This document shows positions 61,805 to 64,000 of a stretch of 64,000 nucleotides of DNA, in pieces (the stretch's first letter is position 1; each line of letters opens with the position of its first letter). A program made the position numbers and the translations under genes. The notes beneath the pieces were generated by a model. That model saw nothing but the letters and a program-made list of their open reading frames with translations. It had not been told where the DNA came from and searched no databases. Origin of the DNA: Anaeramoeba ignava BMAN (lineage: Eukaryota; Protista; Anaeramoebae); contig JAPDFW010000064.1 in the NCBI GenBank assembly GCA_028826165.1, positions 248,001 through 312,000 on the forward strand. The letters run 5' to 3'.

Positions 61805-64000
61805 ATGTCACTTTTTTTTAGAAACAAATCATATGTTTTTTTGATAATTTTTTTTCTTTTTCTTTTTCAATTTGATTATGTGATTGGACAAATCGTTTAT
61901 ATGGATACTAATGGCTCAATAGACTCAGGATGTGGAGATTTAGCAAATCCATGCAAAGAACTTTCACAAGCGGTTATAAATGCGCAAATAAACGGAACTA
62001 TAATAATGAATCCAGGAAATTACAGTGTGAATTTTTACGGAACAACGATTAATAAATCAGTGACAATTGTGGGTCAAGATAAAAGTCAAGTGTTTGTTGA
62101 CTGCGATTATAACAAATACGGATTAATTGTCACAAACACACAAAACATTGCTTTTGAAAACATCAGCTTTGCCAATTGCGAAATAAGTGGCGGCAGTTAC
62201 GGTGGAGCAGCGTTAACTATCAATTCTCAAGCAGTCTCAATTAAAAACTGCCAATTTATCAATAACAATGTTGAGCCATATGTTACTATGCAAGGTGTTT
62301 ATAGCGCTGCAATCTTTTTTGATAACTGCCAAACAGCTAGCGTTGAAAACTGTCTTTTTAAAAACAACCTCAATAGCCACAACGGATCGGGCGCCATTTT
62401 TGCCAGATATTTCGCAACTGCCGACGCTGTTCTTAAGGTCAATAATAATTCCTTTGTGGGTAATCAAGGTGCTGTTGGCGCTCTGCAGGTCAACTACACA
62501 AAAACAGTCCAGAATTCATCAATTCAAATAGCTTTTTCAAATTTTACTTCAAATTTGGGTGCAAATATTTCTGGTGCTGTTTTTATCCAGTACACTGCAG
62601 ATGGTGCAGGAAACTCCATTTATATCAATAACACAAACTTCACAAACAACAGCGCGCTCATTTTCGGCGCTTTCGGATTATTCCATAACGGAAAGTGCCA
62701 AAACTCCACATTTTCCATTTCAAAATCTTTTTTTAAAGGAAATAAGGCGAATATTTATTCGGGAGCAATTTCGCAAATTTATAACTCATTATTCAACACA
62801 TCATATATCGAGATTACTTCGAGCAACTTCACATCAAACACTGGGTATCGTGGCGCAATTTATATCGATGACTCTCCGTATGGAAACCATGGAGATATTC
62901 TCAACAACTCTCTTATTATTCAGGGGTGCCTTTTCACGAGCAACACTGGTGAATCTGGAGGCGCCATTTCTGCCAATTCCAGAGTGTCACTCAACATGCT
63001 CAAAAACACATATTCCAATAACTCTGCGCACCAAGGAGGTGCAATGTATTTAAAGAACATCCTGTCCTTCTACGACGGGTCCTCAAACTATCTTGATGAC
63101 ACTGCAATTGTTGGCGCCGAGTTTATGTGCCTTACATCCGGGCAATTCGAATTCAAAAGCGTTGAGTTCCAATCAAAACTTGTTGAGGATACAATCTTTT
63201 TTGTGTTTTCAAACCACAGTCTCGATTTAAGCTACTCGACATTTGAATGTCCTGAAGGCTCTGTTTTCATAATCGAAAACGAGACGGATCACAATTTCGA
63301 CTTGGAATATAAATATCAATTCAGTTTCGAGTGTGTTGAGTGTCCTGTCGGCACTTATTCGCTACGTCGTGGCGGATATAACACAGATTTCGATTGCTAC
63401 TTATGTCCCACTCAAGCAGAGTGCCGCGGAGGTGCAGATGTTTATGTGAAAAACGGATTTTGGGGAGACAAATTGGAATCAGGAAAAATCCAATTTTTCC
63501 CTTGTCCAGAAGATTTCTGCTCACCAAATTCAATTAATAATGCCCAACTTGTTTTATACAACACATGCAAAAATCATCGGGAAGGTTTTCTGTGCACTCA
63601 ATGCACGGAAGGCTACACAGAATCTCTTTTCCCAAGTGGAGAATGCAAAGAAAAGGAAAAATGCCACCACCAAATCTTCCAGTATCTTTTGATGCTCTTT
63701 TTCATCTCCATCTGGCTTGTGTGGTCGCTTATTTTCATTCCGCAAGCAAAGACCGGACATTTTCATATTATGGCCTATTTCTTTCAGACTCTCAGCATCG
63801 TGATTCCCATGATGGACTCGCGCAAAAGCGATGGTTTCTGGAGATTTCTTCTCTCCATCGCAGAGCTTTTCAACCTTCAAACATACCTTCCTCTTTTTGG
63901 ATCTTTTGGCGAATGTCCAGGCGCTGAGATGAATTCTGTGCAGAAAAAGTTGATGAGACTTGTCGGCCCTTCGGTTAGTATCGGAATAATTCTTTTTGTA
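61805..64000 (+). CDS. Surface protein (3' partial): signal peptide, beta-helix/Pmp-like repeats, Cys-rich region, start of a multi-pass TM domain
   Basis: Single open frame from ATG 61805 to the window end. FxxN/GGAI repeats (FTSNTGESGGAI, NNSAHQGGAM), CVECPVGTYS, GFWG, REGFLCTQC, then hydrophobic helices. Missed by the ORF track. Confidence 0.88.
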   Translation, partial: MSLFFRNKSYVFLIIFFLFLFQFDYVIGQIVYMDTNGSIDSGCGDLANPCKELSQAVINAQINGTIIMNPGNYSVNFYGTTINKSVTIVGQDKSQVFVDCDYNKYGLIVTNTQNIAFENISFANCEISGGSYGGAALTINSQAVSIKNCQFINNNVEPYVTMQGVYSAAIFFDNCQTASVENCLFKNNLNSHNGSGAIFARYFATADAVLKVNNNSFVGNQGAVGALQVNYTKTVQNSSIQIAFSNFTSNLGANISGAVFIQYTADGAGNSIYINNTNFTNNSALIFGAFGLFHNGKCQNSTFSISKSFFKGNKANIYSGAISQIYNSLFNTSYIEITSSNFTSNTGYRGAIYIDDSPYGNHGDILNNSLIIQGCLFTSNTGESGGAISANSRVSLNMLKNTYSNNSAHQGGAMYLKNILSFYDGSSNYLDDTAIVGAEFMCLTSGQFEFKSVEFQSKLVEDTIFFVFSNHSLDLSYSTFECPEGSVFIIENETDHNFDLEYKYQFSFECVECPVGTYSLRRGGYNTDFDCYLCPTQAECRGGADVYVKNGFWGDKLESGKIQFFPCPEDFCSPNSINNAQLVLYNTCKNHREGFLCTQCTEGYTESLFPSGECKEKEKCHHQIFQYLLMLFFISIWLVWSLIFIPQAKTGHFHIMAYFFQTLSIVIPMMDSRKSDGFWRFLLSIAELFNLQTYLPLFGSFGECPGAEMNSVQKKLMRLVGPSVSIGIILFV

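Noticed and set aside
62237-63927. Several short listed ORFs
   Set aside because: Shadows of the continuous + frame starting at 61805.
1-64000. Inteins, U12/AT-AC introns or an alternative genetic code
   Set aside because: No intein-sized insertions in conserved proteins; all reconstructed introns are GT-AG with no U12 donor; no in-frame stops at conserved positions.

Overview
Very AT-rich, intron-rich eukaryotic (protist) genomic DNA read with the standard code. The gene mix (BTB-adaptor expansions, NENQ repeats, prokaryote-type salvage enzymes) is reminiscent of anaerobic metamonads such as Anaeramoeba; that assignment is inference only. About 25 protein genes were reconstructed by hand across roughly 38 GT-AG introns, many swollen by simple repeats. 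Housekeeping genes: NLE1, NOG2, transportin, TRA2-like SR protein, TFIIS, MGRN1/LOG2-type RING, DGAT1/SOAT, PGDH and a divergent actin. Prokaryote-type salvage enzymes: two nicotinamidases, adenine deaminase and a ThrRS-N/uridine kinase fusion. Two large surface proteins at the window edges were missed by the ORF track. Also present: one tRNA-His, a pogo-like TIR transposon inside an intron, and several satellites. The two best candidates for an undescribed system are (1) five intronless RCC1-BTB genes with a near-constant framework but hypervariable, shuffled residues at the same turn of every propeller blade, resembling a Cullin3 receptor repertoire, and (2) a BTB-TLDc gene enclosed by apparently inverted ~145-bp satellite arms that interrupts that array, resembling a foldback-type cargo element.
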